Below, piece by piece: positions 12,650 to 27,832 of a stretch of DNA of 64,000 bases. The stretch spans positions 259,842,001 to 259,906,000 of the forward strand of contig OZ024742.1 in assembly GCA_964016885.1 (NCBI GenBank). Reading direction: 5' to 3'. The DNA is from Eledone cirrhosa (Eukaryota). Each line of letters starts with the position of its first letter. Within the stretch, counting starts at the first letter, position 1. The notes beneath the pieces are model-generated. The model was not told where the DNA came from, searched no databases, and worked only from the letters and a program-made list of their open reading frames with translations. A program made the position numbers and the translations under genes.

Positions 12650-13240
12650 TTCGAGTACGGCCACTACTTTATATCCATGTAGGAGAACTCCTACCGATGC
12701 GCTGAACGAGTGTGACTTTTGAGTCCAGCCAGCGACTTGAAAACTCTGGTACAAACACTACACTTGTGACAATTATTGACACATAGTGCTGGGCCCATGG
12801 TACCATGTAACGACAAGTGCAGAGAGATCTCCAGATGTAAAGCAATGCCTGTGCCGTGAAGCTTTTATAGTGAGCAAAGGCACTGCACAAAGCCAGTCCC
12901 ACTCCCTTAACCAAGATGATATTTACCAAAAAGAAGAACAAGTCAACATCATTGGATACCATCAGGGTTACAGGTGATATATCAGAGTTTTCCTTCTCCT
13001 AGAATTCTGCCTTGACAAAGGCTAAGGGGTCATCTCTCCCGGTGATTTTGGATGGCTATTGACTCTTAAGAGCTCCTTTGCCCTTTGACAGGTTTTGTTT
13101 TTAGTCCTGCAGGATGTCCAAAGTCACCCTCCTCACCAAGAAACCTTGGTGGGGTTGCCTGTTTAGTCGCCACCAATGACCCGACTATGAGACAGGTTGT
13201 ACTGGGATACATGTTACCAGTAGCACCAACTGGTGACCTG
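12650..13240 (-). mobile_element. Dispersed non-coding repeat between two (TACA)n tracts
   Basis: Homologous to 7220-7770 in the opposite orientation. Confidence 0.7.
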
Positions 13241-13334
13241 ACATACATACATACATACATACATACATACATACATACATACATACATACATACATACAT
13301 ACATACATACATACATACATACATACATACATAC

Positions 13335-14066
13335 TACGAGGCATGATGTAGTGGCCAAAACACTGTACAATGCAATCCGTAGAAAAGATAGCCTCGACAA
13401 TAAACACATTAAAAGTTACAGCAATGTGGAAGATATACACATACATAATATGAAAGAGTACTGGTGGAATGTTCCAGTCAAAACTCCAATAAAATGCAGG
13501 CATAACAGACCAGATATAATGATATGGGACAGGGAAAAGAAGGCAGGCACAGTAGTGGAAATGACCTGCCCAGCAGATGCCAATATAATATTAAAGATTA
13601 ACGAAAAGGAGAATATCTATGCAGAACTAATGAGAAATCTACAGATACTCCACCCTGACTATACCTTCAGATTTAGACCTGTGATTATTGGGGCATTGGG
13701 ATATGTTAGTAACTGCCTCAATACAAATCTTGAGAGGCTGGGCTTCACAGAAACAGAAAGAACATGACTAGTTAGGAAATTACAAGTACAATCCATTGAT
13801 GGAACAGTAAAAATATGTAAAACAATCCAAAAATGTTGCATCTAATAACTCCATGTACACATGTACAGATACAAAGCATATGCACATACACATCCACACA
13901 TACAATACAATCCATACCTGCACACACATGCATGCAGACATGCAGACATGTCTACCTAGTTGATGTCTAAATTCCAATGAGAGAGTCGTGTATCTATGTC
14001 AGAAACCGACTCTCTTTCTATCTCTCTCTCTATTGGCAAAATTTGTGAAATTATAAAACCAGAAGA
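13335..14066 (+). mobile_element. 5'-truncated R4/Dong-like non-LTR retrotransposon: restriction-like endonuclease domain and 3' UTR
   Basis: RHDVVAKTLY...EYWWNVPVKT...HNRPDIMIWDREKK...VVEMTCPAD...EKENIYAEL...PVIIGALG: RH, PD..D and K..Y motifs of the RLE domain; one in-frame stop near the end; starts directly after (TACA)n. Confidence 0.9.
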
Positions 14067-14078
14067 ATATACATACAT

Positions 14079-14116
<38 letters not shown>

Positions 14117-14353
14117 GAAAGGTATAGAAAATATTGTAGCAAAAAGCCAACAGTATTCCATAATATATAAGTGACTATAGCGTCAAAATGGGAAAAATAG
14201 TTAACGTAAGATGTGGGAAAAATAAATCAAACTCATCTCAAAGAGAATCAGGATATAGATTCAGCCACAGAATTTAGTGAAATCCAGGGAAAAATTAATA
14301 GAGCCTTAACTCATGATAAAATAAAGTTTAAAATACTCATCCTTCAATTTGGA

Positions 14354-14405
<52 letters not shown>

Positions 14406-15498
14406 CCTGTGTCGTCTCTGTTGAGTTCACCTCCTATGCTTGGTATCTCCTCTTCAAGCTTGCGTGAGAGGTAAATTCCTACCATGTTGTAGTTATTTCA
14501 AAGTACCTCTCTATTTGGAAGACAAGAATGACAGTTGCCCTGCCATGACTAAACGTCTATTCTCGTCTTCCTTATTCTTCAAAACCTTTTCTTTCTTTCG
14601 AACTATATACCATATTGCACAGAACAAATTGTGGTTTCGAATACTGGAGATTCCATCAAAAATGTTTAATGCAACATTGCACTTCATAATTTGAGATGGC
14701 GAGAATAGATGAAGCAAATGAAAAAAATGAAAAAGTAAATGAATAAATTTTAAAATAATGATAATAATAATTTAGAAAAAGTTTAACAATTTGAGAGAGT
14801 GATGAGGTGGAGAAGGATGAAGAATAGAAGCTAGGGGAATAAGAACAGTCACTGCGCTACTATTGCTGCTGCAATGCAAGTGAGAATTTTACCGTTATTT
14901 CTGACAGGTTATAAATCACAGAAGCATTGAAATTATAGCACGGGTTGGGGTGGTAAAATAAAGAGACAAAAAACTGTGGCAATTTTATCATATTTTCCAT
15001 CTAAAAGTGCCCACGTATGGGGGGCGACGTGTGGTGGAGCTAGTGATGTTGTTTCTAATTTTTCTTTACACGTCATGTTATGCTGTTATGTTGTATGTGA
15101 TTATATGTAAGAACACATGTGTGCCTGTGTGTATGTGTGTGTATATTGTATACACATGTATTGTATATACACGTTTAGTATGTATATTTTATTTTCAATA
15201 TTTAATGTCACTTTTAAATGAGATGAAACACCTGTTTTGAAAACCTGATAGAGACGAGAGAAAAAGAGAAAGAAAAAAGAACGAAAGAACGAAAGAAAGA
15301 TTTAATGTGAAGGGTGGGGGTGAGGGGGATAAATTGAAGAGAATGAGAGAAGGGGGAAATAAACAAAGTGGGATAAGAGTAATACATCTGGGAGAGGGAG
15401 AGAGCAATAATGTAATGAAGTGCTTATGTGTTTAATAAAATGTCAATTGTACATACAGCATATATATACGTATATATATATACATATATATCATATAT

Positions 15499-16108
<610 letters not shown>

Positions 16109-16235
16109 TATATATATATACATATATATATAATTATAATTAAAGCTTGATTGTCTGCGTGTGTGTGTTCTATGTGTGTGTTTGCGTTGATGTGTTAGTA
16201 AGGGGAAATAAGAACTCACTTACTCATATATATAC

Positions 16236-16434
<199 letters not shown>

Positions 16435-16452
16435 ATATATATATATATATAT

Positions 16453-16512
<60 letters not shown>

Positions 16513-17879
16513 TATATAATTATGATTAAAGCTTGATTGTCTGCGTGTGTGTGTTCTATGTGTGTGTTTGTGTTGATGTGTTAGTAAGGGGAAATAAGAA
16601 CTGACTTACTCATTGGGAGTAGGAGTGGTCGGAAGGAGTGGAAGGGGGATAAATAGTAGGAGTGGTTTGGAATAGATATGTTGCTTAGCCCAAGCCTACC
16701 TTCTTCTGAGATATCTAAGCTCAAAAGCTCTCCAGTCGTAACCATTACGTCTTATATTCATACATAATATATCTGGATTACATTTTCAAATATATCCCTC
16801 CGATATATTGTGGGATAAGAAAGAATTCCCTGTTATTTCTAGTTATTTCGTTGGCTTGAAAAAGGGGTATTTTTATATGTTGATAGTGAAATAAATACAT
16901 AAATGATAAAATAAATGGTCCATATTTCCAGGCTGGTTGTTCATTCAGTGACTAACATATATGTGGATGTAGTTAAGGAGTTCTCTTCGCAATCATTAGG
17001 TCCCGGGTTCAATCAAACTGCGTAGTATCCTGAGCATATGTCATTCACCATAAGCACCGCTCGACTTAAGCCGTGCCGGGTGAAGTTAGACGGAAACTTT
17101 GGAAGTCCGTCTGATGGACAGTACTTGTAATTCAAAGGGCAAATCTTCTCACACGCTGTGTCATACTGAATCTCTTCAATATGGGATTTGATTTAATCAA
17201 CTTTGCCCTTCCCCAACATTTGCTAGTCTTGGGCTTAAATTAAAATCAATATTTAGCTCCAATTCAGCTCTTATCGAGCAGATCTCTAATCAGAGGCATT
17301 TCAACCGCAACCAGCCTGTATGTTAGGTTTATATAAGAATACATGACTACATTATCTTATCTTATGTAAGACTACATTTTAATGTCTGACCTAAGGTTTG
17401 AGAGTGGGTACTTTTTACTATTAAGAGTGGCTAGTGAACGAAATAAGTAATCAACGATTCAACGAGGTTACTTCTCAAATGGGGATGGGGGTTAATGGTA
17501 GGAGCCTTAATCATATCACGTTGTTACAGTTCGCCCCCATGTGGGTTATCTGGCTTTATACAAGGTTACGTCTCAAAGGAAATTTATTGGATATTTTGGT
17601 GACGGGGGCCCCAATGTTATCATGAACAGCAATGTCAAATGAAGTGCTTTGCTCAAGAACACGGCGCGCTACCTGGCCCAAGATTCGAACCCACGACCTT
17701 ATGATCATAAATCCAACACCCTAAACATTAGGCTACATACTTTGACAAGTGAAATGAATAGAGAAATAATTACTAAATAAGTCAGTGTTTCTCCGACTGA
17801 TATTTTATACAGTGACTAACATAGAACACAGGAAATTTACAACTCTAGAAATACACTACACAAATGTCCAGAATTAATA

Positions 17880-18160
17880 GAAGCAACAATAACAATAACA
17901 ACAACAGCAACAACAACAATAGCAACAATAACAACATCCTCAACAGCAGTAGCTACAACAGCAGCAACAGTAACAGCAACAGCAGCAACAACAACAATAA
18001 CAACTGCAACAATAATCACCACTACTACCGCCAGCACTATCACCACTACTACCACCAGCACTATCACCACTAGCCCCCACCACAACCACCCCAACCACCG
18101 CAACCACCACAACCACAACCACAACCACCTCAACCACCGCAACCACCACCACATCCATGA
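17880..18160. repeat. (AAC)/(AGC)/(CAC) trinucleotide low-complexity tract
   Basis: Directly visible. Confidence 0.9.
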
Positions 18161-18930
18161 TGAAAACAAAAACTACTAATGATAGTTATATGCTTTAGGG
18201 GAGACAATAAACACGCGGGATTTCGGTTTCCAATTGTTAGATTGAATAATTCGCCAATGAGTTGGCGTGTCCATTATTTACAACGTCTTTCATGTTGTAT
18301 ATATTTGTTATTCAACTATAGCGTCTAGTTGAAGGCTATAAAGTTTGCTCTTCGTAATTTGAAAAAGCGCCATTTTGTAACTGATTGAATTATCGTTCTT
18401 TGCATAGAATTCAATCTAAACATAGTTTGATGGAGAAATTAAGTGTAGCTTGATAACAAGAGTTAGTTATTGTTGAGTGGATGGAAAAAGGCTGATTGGT
18501 TAAAGAGTTCGCTTCACAATCATTAGACCTAGGGTTCGACCAATCACATTGCGTGGACTCTGGGGTAAGTGTCATTTACTATATTCCAGCTATTACTCAG
18601 TATATCTCCACAGTTGACACGGGAAATATTTGGAGGAAAGGAGTGAAAAATATTATGTAATTAAAAAGTATTGTTTCTGGAATGTGGTTAAGTAATTCGT
18701 TTCACAACATGGTTCTAGGTTCTGTCCTGTTGCGTGGCACCTTCGGCGAGTGTTTTCTACTATAATCTTTGGTTACCCAATACCTTTGGTCAACTTTACG
18801 TTTCCTCCTTTCATCCGTTAAAATATGGTACCAGTCAAGTACTTGGGCGGGGTGTCGATGTAATCGACTGTTCCCAAAATTTCTGACCTTGTGCCTAAAT
18901 TAGAAATTCTATTTTTTATTGGTATTTCCA

Positions 18931-19036
18931 GCCGAGGTTAACTTTGCCTTTCATCCTTACGAGGTCGATAAAATAAAGTACCAGTAATACACTGTGATAA
19001 TTGCTGGCCTTGTGCCAAAAGTAGAAACAATTATTT
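18931..19036 (+). mobile_element. SINE family 1, 5'-truncated
   Basis: Near-identical to 5370-5478. Confidence 0.85.
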
Positions 19037-20550
19037 TCATTACGATCTGTCATTGCATTACAGAGCGTTGCTCTATGTGCCTTGGGTATGTGCAGTGTTG
19101 TTTCTATTGTATTGAAAGAGTTATGGATTCGACATGGCCGAGTAACTAAGGAGTTTTCTTTCCAATCATTACGTTCCAGGTTCAATCGTGAGAATTACGT
19201 TACAAGCAGACGTATTAGTGAAATGCTTGGGCATTTATATGAGCAAGTTGTTCCGCTGGTCGATGGATTAGAATATTCGCCGACGGTCAGTTCTATTCCG
19301 AGTCTATAGCTAGGTTTCTATAACAAAGACTCCAAGTACTGTAAAGAGGTGTTATTAAAAGTGATTAGTTTACCATAATCTATGAGAACCTTTACACATT
19401 TATCATAGACCATAGAAAAATAGAAATTGTTATGCTGTCTATGAGATAGAGAAATATGTTTATTATTATGATAGACTCCAGTCATTCCTTGATTTATTGG
19501 ACTCTATTATTTCTGTCAGACGATCTTTCTGCTGCAATTCATTGGTGAGATTTTACTTATACAAATAAGTTGAATTATGATAGTTGGTAACAGTGGCGTT
19601 ATATTTCACATTCACAATTTTTCTACCGTTTTTGTTACGAAAAGTATTTCCAATACAATGCTAAGTTACGTGGCTTAGAAGTTAAGATTTCTCTCACAAT
19701 CGTAAAGGACTGAGTTCGATCCAACCGAAGCGTAATGCTCTTGTGCAAGTATATATTGTACGTTGCTGGAAAAATTTAGTTGTAGCTGTAACTCAAAGGG
19801 CTAACCTTGTCACACATTGTGTCACGCTGAATTTCACTGAGAGTTACGTTAAAGGTACACGTGTTTGTGGAATGCTCAGCCTCTTCCACATTAAATTCAT
19901 AAGCTGGATGTTCCTTTAATTAAATCAAATGAAACACGTGCTGTCGGAAGCGACGGAAGTCCAACACTTCTTGAACGTTCAGTCATGCTGCGTTCACCAG
20001 ATGCGGAATAGCTCAGTGGATAATGTTTTAGATGGGCTTCATAGTCTGACTTCATGGTAAGAAATTGGCTGCGTTCACATAGGGAGAGGGATGGGCTCCT
20101 TCAGATTTAATTGTCCAAGACATACCGTATATAAATATGGTATCCCTACGACACCATCAGGATTTATGTGCCCTTGGCATGGCAAAGTATTAGATGCTCT
20201 TCTCGTGGGTCATTCTCCTATTTTATCTTTCATAAGATAAATTTAACCTTTTTGATATCAACTCGCCTGAAACCGCCTCTAGTTCTATTATAGATATAAG
20301 GTTTGTTTTTAAAGTATTCCAGTTAAATTTGAACCGCCCATTATAAATTTATTTCAAGTTATGTTCCAAACACCACTAAGTTAAATGACTAAATCCCTCC
20401 AAATTCTTTTCTAAATTATTTGCTAAAGGATTTGAAAACCACAGACAGAAACTGTCATGATAATGAACGGATTAAAGTGTTATATTTATCTAAAAACCTT
20501 CCTTTATAATTATATGTAATATATATTTCTTAAGTTCCAAACACCAACGA

Positions 20551-20737
20551 AATAATTGTTTCTACTTTTGGCACAAGGCCAGCAATTACCCAGTACATTA
20601 CTGGTACTTTATTTTATCGACCCCGTAAGGATGAAAGGCAAAGTTGACCACGGCGGGATTTGAACTCAGAATGGAAAGGGCCGTAATTCTATGTATCAAA
20701 GCATGACGCCCGACCCTCTACCGATACTGCCAACCCA
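20551..20737 (-). mobile_element. SINE family 1
   Basis: Reverse complement of 5283-5478. Confidence 0.85.
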
Positions 20738-21084
20738 GTAATGACAAAGTTAGTTGTATTACTAAATACGTCCAAATTCTTGATTATTTACAAGAAATAA
20801 GGGGTTATAACAATATCTGCTGCTTTAATGTGTCTGACAAGGTTAGTTATCAGGTCATATCTCCTACTATACATGACCTAGAGGTTACGGGGTTGAAATC
20901 AAGATCATACATTCGTTGGTTCACCCATTGGTTCTGGCGGTGTGTTGTGTTCCAGAGAAAAACTCTTCGTTTAATGTAGTTCCAGTTTCCTCAGATCTAA
21001 ACAAAACTTTTGCCAGCAGCAGCTAGGGAATAAGTATATATATATATATATTTGTTTTGCGAGTAAGTATATATATATATTTGT

Positions 21085-21410
21085 TTTGCGAGGTTTTCGA
21101 AGTGGTGTGTCGAAACAAATATTGTTATACTTGGGGAGGGTCATATTGTTGTAATAATATTGCCAGAAATAACAACAGAACACACTCATTGTTTGGTTGA
21201 TTTTCGCCTCTGTATCTTTTATATCTCCACCGTTAATTCATTCGGTCCTCAATGTTTACCATTGACTGACCAACGGTCAAAAATACAGATATAATATAGA
21301 TATTAACACATATATAGAGTCTAACAAAGTTCTTTTGTTGCACATCTGCAACATCATCAGTGTTACTATTATGTTCCTCCTGTTCTATTGTATATCTACG
21401 CCATTTATAA
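21085..21410 (-). mobile_element. Family B element, second copy with degenerate HHR (AAAA instead of GAAA)
   Basis: Colinear similarity with 15618-15925; minus strand CTGATGA-t-gttgca/gatg/tgcaac-AAAA. Confidence 0.75.
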
Positions 21411-21588
21411 TTTATGTTTATTTATTTATTTATTTTTGTCTTCTTCTCTGCGCATGCGTTTGCATGTGTGTATAGTGTTTAGTGTGCGTTCACGTTTGGG
21501 TGACTGTGTTTCGGTTATTGTATTCTATCTTAGTTTACTAGTGTGTGTTTATATGTGTTTGTTGATATGTGTTTGTTGTTATAAATAA

Positions 21589-21661
<73 letters not shown>

Positions 21662-21872
21662 AGCACAATAAGAACAAACAGATATAAACACACACTAGTA
21701 AACTAAGATAGAATACAATAATAAGTATAACAATATATATATGTATATATGTATAGTCACTACTTTAAAAAAATAGCGTAAGGTCTTCAAAATGGTTTTA
21801 ATTAAGCATACAGTGTATTGCAAAATACACTATATATACATTCATATATATATATATATATTATATATGTAT

Positions 21873-21988
<116 letters not shown>

Positions 21989-22197
21989 ATATATTATATA
22001 TATAATATATATATATATATTATATATTATATATATATATATATAATATATATATAATATATATATGCAAAAGTTCTATTTAAAATTGTTGGGATACAAC
22101 AAGTAAATATTTTATAACTGATATAAAGCACTTGACAAGTTTTTGGAGTAGATATACGATATTAAATAAATGGAAACTATATTTATAAAACCATATT

Positions 22198-22263
22198 TAT
22201 TTCATTATGCATATTTCAGGGATAACCAAATTAAAATATGGTATGCCTTCATCAGACAAAATA
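22198..22263 (-). ncRNA. Type I hammerhead motif (left arm of palindrome 22152-22504)
   Basis: tattttgt-CTGATGA-aggcatacca...tggttatccct-GAAA-tatgca-TA-atgaaata. Confidence 0.75.
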
Positions 22264-22392
22264 CAATATATAAACAGTTTTATAAATAATTTTGACGTAC
22301 CCTATTAGATGCGACCATTATTTTTGGAAGCTGTCTAATGGTCGCATCTAATAGGGTACGTCAAAATTATTTATAAAACTGTTTATATATTG

Positions 22393-22458
22393 TATTTTGT
22401 CTGATGAAGGCATACCATATTTTAATTTGGTTATCCCTGAAATATGTATAATGAAATA
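22393..22458 (+). ncRNA. Type I hammerhead motif (right arm of palindrome)
   Basis: Same as the left arm except that stem III reads tatgta. Confidence 0.7.
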
Positions 22459-22692
22459 AATATGGTTTTATAAATATAGTTTCCATTTATTTAATATCGT
22501 ATATAATATATATATATATTTATATATACATATATATGTATATGTATGTGTGTGTATATATATATATATGTGTGTGCGTGTGTGTAGGAGGGTGTTGTAT
22601 ATATGTATATATATATATATACATATATACAACACCCCCACACACACACGCACACATATATATATACACACACATACATATACATATATATG

Positions 22693-22732
<40 letters not shown>

Positions 22733-22792
22733 TATATAAATGCATACGTATTCATTTACATATGTGTGTGTATATATATAATATATGTATAT

Positions 22793-22826
<34 letters not shown>

Positions 22827-22840
22827 ATATATGTATATAT

Positions 22841-22882
<42 letters not shown>

Positions 22883-23256
22883 ATAAAATATATTAGAAGT
22901 GAAGAGAGACTTTTAGCGAGAAACCCCGTTACAACACGATTTGCTGCTTTTCAAAGACTGATTTATGACCAACGGAGGGACTAGAAATAATCATATATCA
23001 TTACAGTAGCTTCATCAGCTTGGAGAAGAAGTAGGCACAGACTTACATACTTACACTTACGTGCGTACAAACATGTATATATATATGTGTGTGTGTATCA
23101 TTATGTGTATGCATATGCAAGAATATATACTACTTACGTACATGTGTATCTAGGTACGCTGCCAATATATTATCACTTGCATGTCGCTTTACACGAACAC
23201 ACACACATACACACGCACACATACACACACATATATATATATATACATATATATAT

Positions 23257-23324
<68 letters not shown>

Positions 23325-23639
23325 TTGGTAAACACGGACCTGTATCGGAATGCAGGAGTTGATGCCTCATCAGGAGGTGAAGTAACTGTGTATGTACTTC
23401 GGCCCCTTCCATCATGACACCACACCTACTCGCGGTCACTTATATATGTAGGCGACGAAACTCCTGCACAACAGCACAATCTTTGCTGCGTCTGAGATTG
23501 TGGCTCCGTCCGCCTCAACGAGTCAGAACCGCATAAAATTTGATGCGTCTGATCTTATGACTCCGAGCGTAACGTTTCCATCCACCTCGAAATGTCAAGC
23601 ACACCATTCATCTTCTCTTTTGATACAGATGTAGTGACT

Positions 23640-24480
23640 CTCTTTCTCAGATGCCTTCGGTAATGCCCTCAAAAGGTGTTACTTTACCTTGGTCACCAGT
23701 CCAAGTCCCCTAGTTCCGACAAAACTTCTGCCACCTACCTCAAAAGGTAAACATGATGCCTCCTATCTGTAGGTTTCACAGAATTCAACCACCTCACTGT
23801 ACTTCCTAGTGGAGGCACGTGGCCTAGTGGTAAGAGTGTTGGACTTTCGATCATAATGTCGTGGGTTCGATTCCTGGGATGCGTGCTGTGTTCTTGAGCA
23901 AAACACGTTGCTCCAGTATACTCAGCTGAAAATGAGTACCAGCAATAGGTGGAGGTTTAACCCTGCGATGGACTGGCGTCCTGTCCAGGGGAGGGGTCTT
24001 GTACTCTCAGTCGCTTCACGCCATGAAACCGAGATAAGCACCGGCCAAATGAGCCTTCTGGCTTAAGACAGACTTTAGACTTTAGACTGTACTTCCTGGC
24101 CTTCGTATTGAATGCACCATTGATATTCGTTACCCAAGTGTCAGTATGTCCCACCATCTTCACCACATTCCTTTCCTTGCACCAGAAGACGAAGTCGTCT
24201 CTCTTGGTGGTAAAAAGGGATAAGTGGTATTTACTGTCCAAGTAAATTGAGACCTCCCATTTTGGCTCAGTCTTTTTCTTACAGTGGCTGATTTCCAATA
24301 TCCTTCTATACAAAATGTCATCCTGCTTGTGTTCTCTACTACTTGTGGATACCTCACGCCGTTGTTCATCCACTTCACCCTCTCTTCCACTGCATCAGCC
24401 AGTACCATAAGCACCTGGTTATGCCACCATATGTATCTGTACTGAACAGCATGTGTTTCGTCGTTGCTCGCTTCCCCCAT
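23640..24480 (-). mobile_element. Degraded HERO/R2-group non-LTR element RLE region, split by a SINE
   Basis: Minus-strand fragments RYIWWHNQVLMVLA, W..SI.LD...Y, RKYSEVVEFC...PFEVGGRSFVG fit the RYTWRHNQVL and PxEVGxRGF consensus. Confidence 0.7.
23808..24085 (+). mobile_element. Full-length tRNA-derived CORE-type SINE with RTE-like tail and 12-bp TSD
   Basis: A box tggcctagtgg, B box ggttcgattcc, CORE-like tgtgttcttgagcaaaacac, (gacttta)n tail; TSD actgtacttcct at 23796-23807 and 24086-24097. Confidence 0.9.
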
Positions 24481-24891
24481 TAACACAGTCTACTCACGTC
24501 TACTTTACAACGTTTTAGATTTGTGGGAGTAGGAAGCATTTCTTAGACAGAGCGAACTAAAAAAAATGGTTCTAGCTGGCTCCCATGACCACAGTTCCTT
24601 CTTCTACATATATAAATGTGTTAGGTACAATGTTGACAGCTGTAAATAATAGATAACTATAAATCCTTATGGTCAAATATTTATAGTTTTTTTTTGTTTT
24701 TTTGACAACTATTACTTATACATGTCTGCATTTCAAATTTCAAATTTCCCTAATGATTCGTAAATCAACTACACACACACATACACATACACACAGACAC
24801 ACACACACACACAAACACACATAAACATATGTATATGTATGTATATATGTGTGTATGTAGATGTCTATATATATGTGTGTGTATACATATA

Positions 24892-25082
24892 TAATTGTTT
24901 CTACTTTTGGCACAAGGCCAGCAATTATCCCAGTATATTACTAGTACTTTTATTTTATCGACCCCGTAAGGATGAATGACAAAGTTAACCTCGGCGGGAT
25001 TTGAACTCAGGATAAAGGGCCATAACTCTTTGCTGCAAAGCATGGTGTCTGACCCTCTACCGATACTGCCAATCCACCGCCG
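24892..25082 (-). mobile_element. SINE family 1
   Basis: Reverse complement of 5283-5478. Confidence 0.85.
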
Positions 25083-25097
25083 TTCTAAAATAGATCG

Positions 25098-25832
<735 letters not shown>

Positions 25833-26731
25833 ATCTATTTTTAGAAACGTTGATCGTCCAGGGTCTATTATGCCCAATTTGTGAAAAAAAAAAATATGCA
25901 TAGAAGCTTCTAAGTTAATTTTCAACACACACACACACACATATATATATATGGGGGGGGGGGGGCGTGTGTGTATGGATTTATATATATATATAAAATA
26001 CGTGAATCTGTATATCTGGCGATATACGGTATGTTTATAAATGAATATTTTGAAAGCCTTCAGCTATGAATCTGAAAACTGATGGCGGAGCGCCATCTAG
26101 TTTGTTCCATCAGAAGCTAACAACAGGGTTGCTGATAATACAGTTAACTAGAACAATATAATACTTATATATCTTATATATATATGTATGAATCACTACC
26201 TCCTTACGGACAACTGACGCTGCACACCAGGTCCGGGCACGGAAGAGCCGAACTCTCACTGTCATCGCCTCCATCTCTCTCGCCCTCCCCATTTCTGTGT
26301 ATTGTAAGCAAATGTGGTCCCTCATGCTGGCTGCCCCACGGCCCCGGCGGACAGAATGGAGAAGGTGTTTCCCTGGAGGATGGGTAGGGAGACGCGCTGG
26401 AAGAGCCATTCCATCTCGTGAGGCTCACACCTGCGGCTGGCCAACTCAGCGCCTGTGGTGGTAAGAAGGGAGGTAGCTCTAGGGCCAAAGACACCAGAAG
26501 TCTCCACTGCTACGGGGTGCTGATGGTGGTGAGTAGAGAGGTGGTCCTAGGGCCAAAGACACCAGAAGTCTCCACTGCCAAGAGCACGACCGCAAACCTG
26601 TCGGAGAGCGACCGATAATGACGTCATCATTTCTGACTCTGGTCGTGATCAAGCTAGTGTTCCCGATCCCGCTTGCTGCTGGAATTTATATAGGCAAAAA
26701 CATATAGTTTAGAATCCTATGTACGTGTGTA

Positions 26732-26764
<33 letters not shown>

Positions 26765-26765
<1 letters not shown>

Positions 26766-26990
26766 CTAATACTTTGAAAGGTTCATGCTGCCAATAAAAA
26801 CACACGCACCAGTTGGTTTTCACTTCAATTTATTAAAATGTTTCCGGTTGGTTGCTTCAGTAACTGGATGGTTGTTTATTTATCGTTAAAGATCTTTCGT
26901 GTCACACATTCTGTGACCTCCTCAGTGTCTGATTTATTATTTTGTGTCTCTCCTACACCATCTTCTTTTTGTCTGTTGTGTGCTGTATAT
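26765..26990 (-). mobile_element. Family C short element with degenerate HHR (26885-26929)
   Basis: Minus strand CTGAGGA-g-gtcaca/gaatg/tgtgac-ac-GAAA-gatct; homologous to 33290-33512 and 51190-51430. Confidence 0.7.
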
Positions 26991-27035
26991 ATATGTATAT
27001 CTATATATGTGTGTGTGTAGTTGTATATATGTAGT

Positions 27036-27128
<93 letters not shown>

Positions 27129-27627
27129 ATATATATATTTCTGTACATATAGTCCATGAAGCTGGGTCGAAGCAACTTAATGTAAGCTGACATATATTCA
27201 ATATTCATAATTTGCTCAATGCTTCGTAATACGATTAAGTCTGTGTGTGTGTGTGTGTTTATGTGCGTGTATGTGTGAGTGTGTGTGTTTGTGTGTCTGT
27301 GTGTCTGTGTGTCCGTGTGTGTGTGTGTGTGCGTGTGTGTGCGTGTGTGCATGTGTGCGTGTGTGCGTGTGTGTGTTTGTGTCTGTGTGTGTGTGCTTGT
27401 ATGTGTTGTGTGTTGGACCTCCGACGGTTCTGAAGATCTATGTTCCAGTTGTTCCATCAACTGAGAGCTGGCTCATGAAATTAACGTTCAGGTGGCTGAG
27501 CATTCCACAAACTTGCGCACTTTTAATGTATTTCTTGATGAGATTCAGCGTGACACATTAACAGAAAGTAACGAAGCTGACCTTTGAATCACACGTAAAA
27601 CTCATTTTTTAGCTGAAGGATCTAGAG

Positions 27628-27832
27628 CAGGCATATCAAACACGCGGCCTGCGGGCCACATGCGGCCTTTTACAAGCACACCTGCGGCCAGCACAAAGTT
27701 TTTTACAACACGAGCATGTTTTATTTTCATAAAATTAGTTGTAATGTGTGCAATTAGTTGTCGTGTGTGGCCCTCAGACAACACATATGTGACCCATGTG
27801 GCCCTCGGGGGACCCTCATTTTGAGATGTCTG
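27628..27832. mobile_element. hAT-type MITE nested in a minus-strand CORE-type SINE (about 27440-27935)
   Basis: TIRs caggcatatcaaa / tttgagatgtctg, subterminal gcggcc/ggcc motifs, imperfect 8-bp TSD atctagag/gcctagag. Confidence 0.8.

Noticed and set aside
22985-23380. Additional hammerheads (minus-strand CTGATGA at about 23018 and 23374)
   Set aside because: The first lacks a GAAA box; the second has GATA, a poor stem II and no stem I. They may be relics but were not counted.
23808-23885. tRNA gene (also other A/B-box heads)
   Set aside because: No full cloverleaf; the head continues into a SINE body and tail with a TSD.
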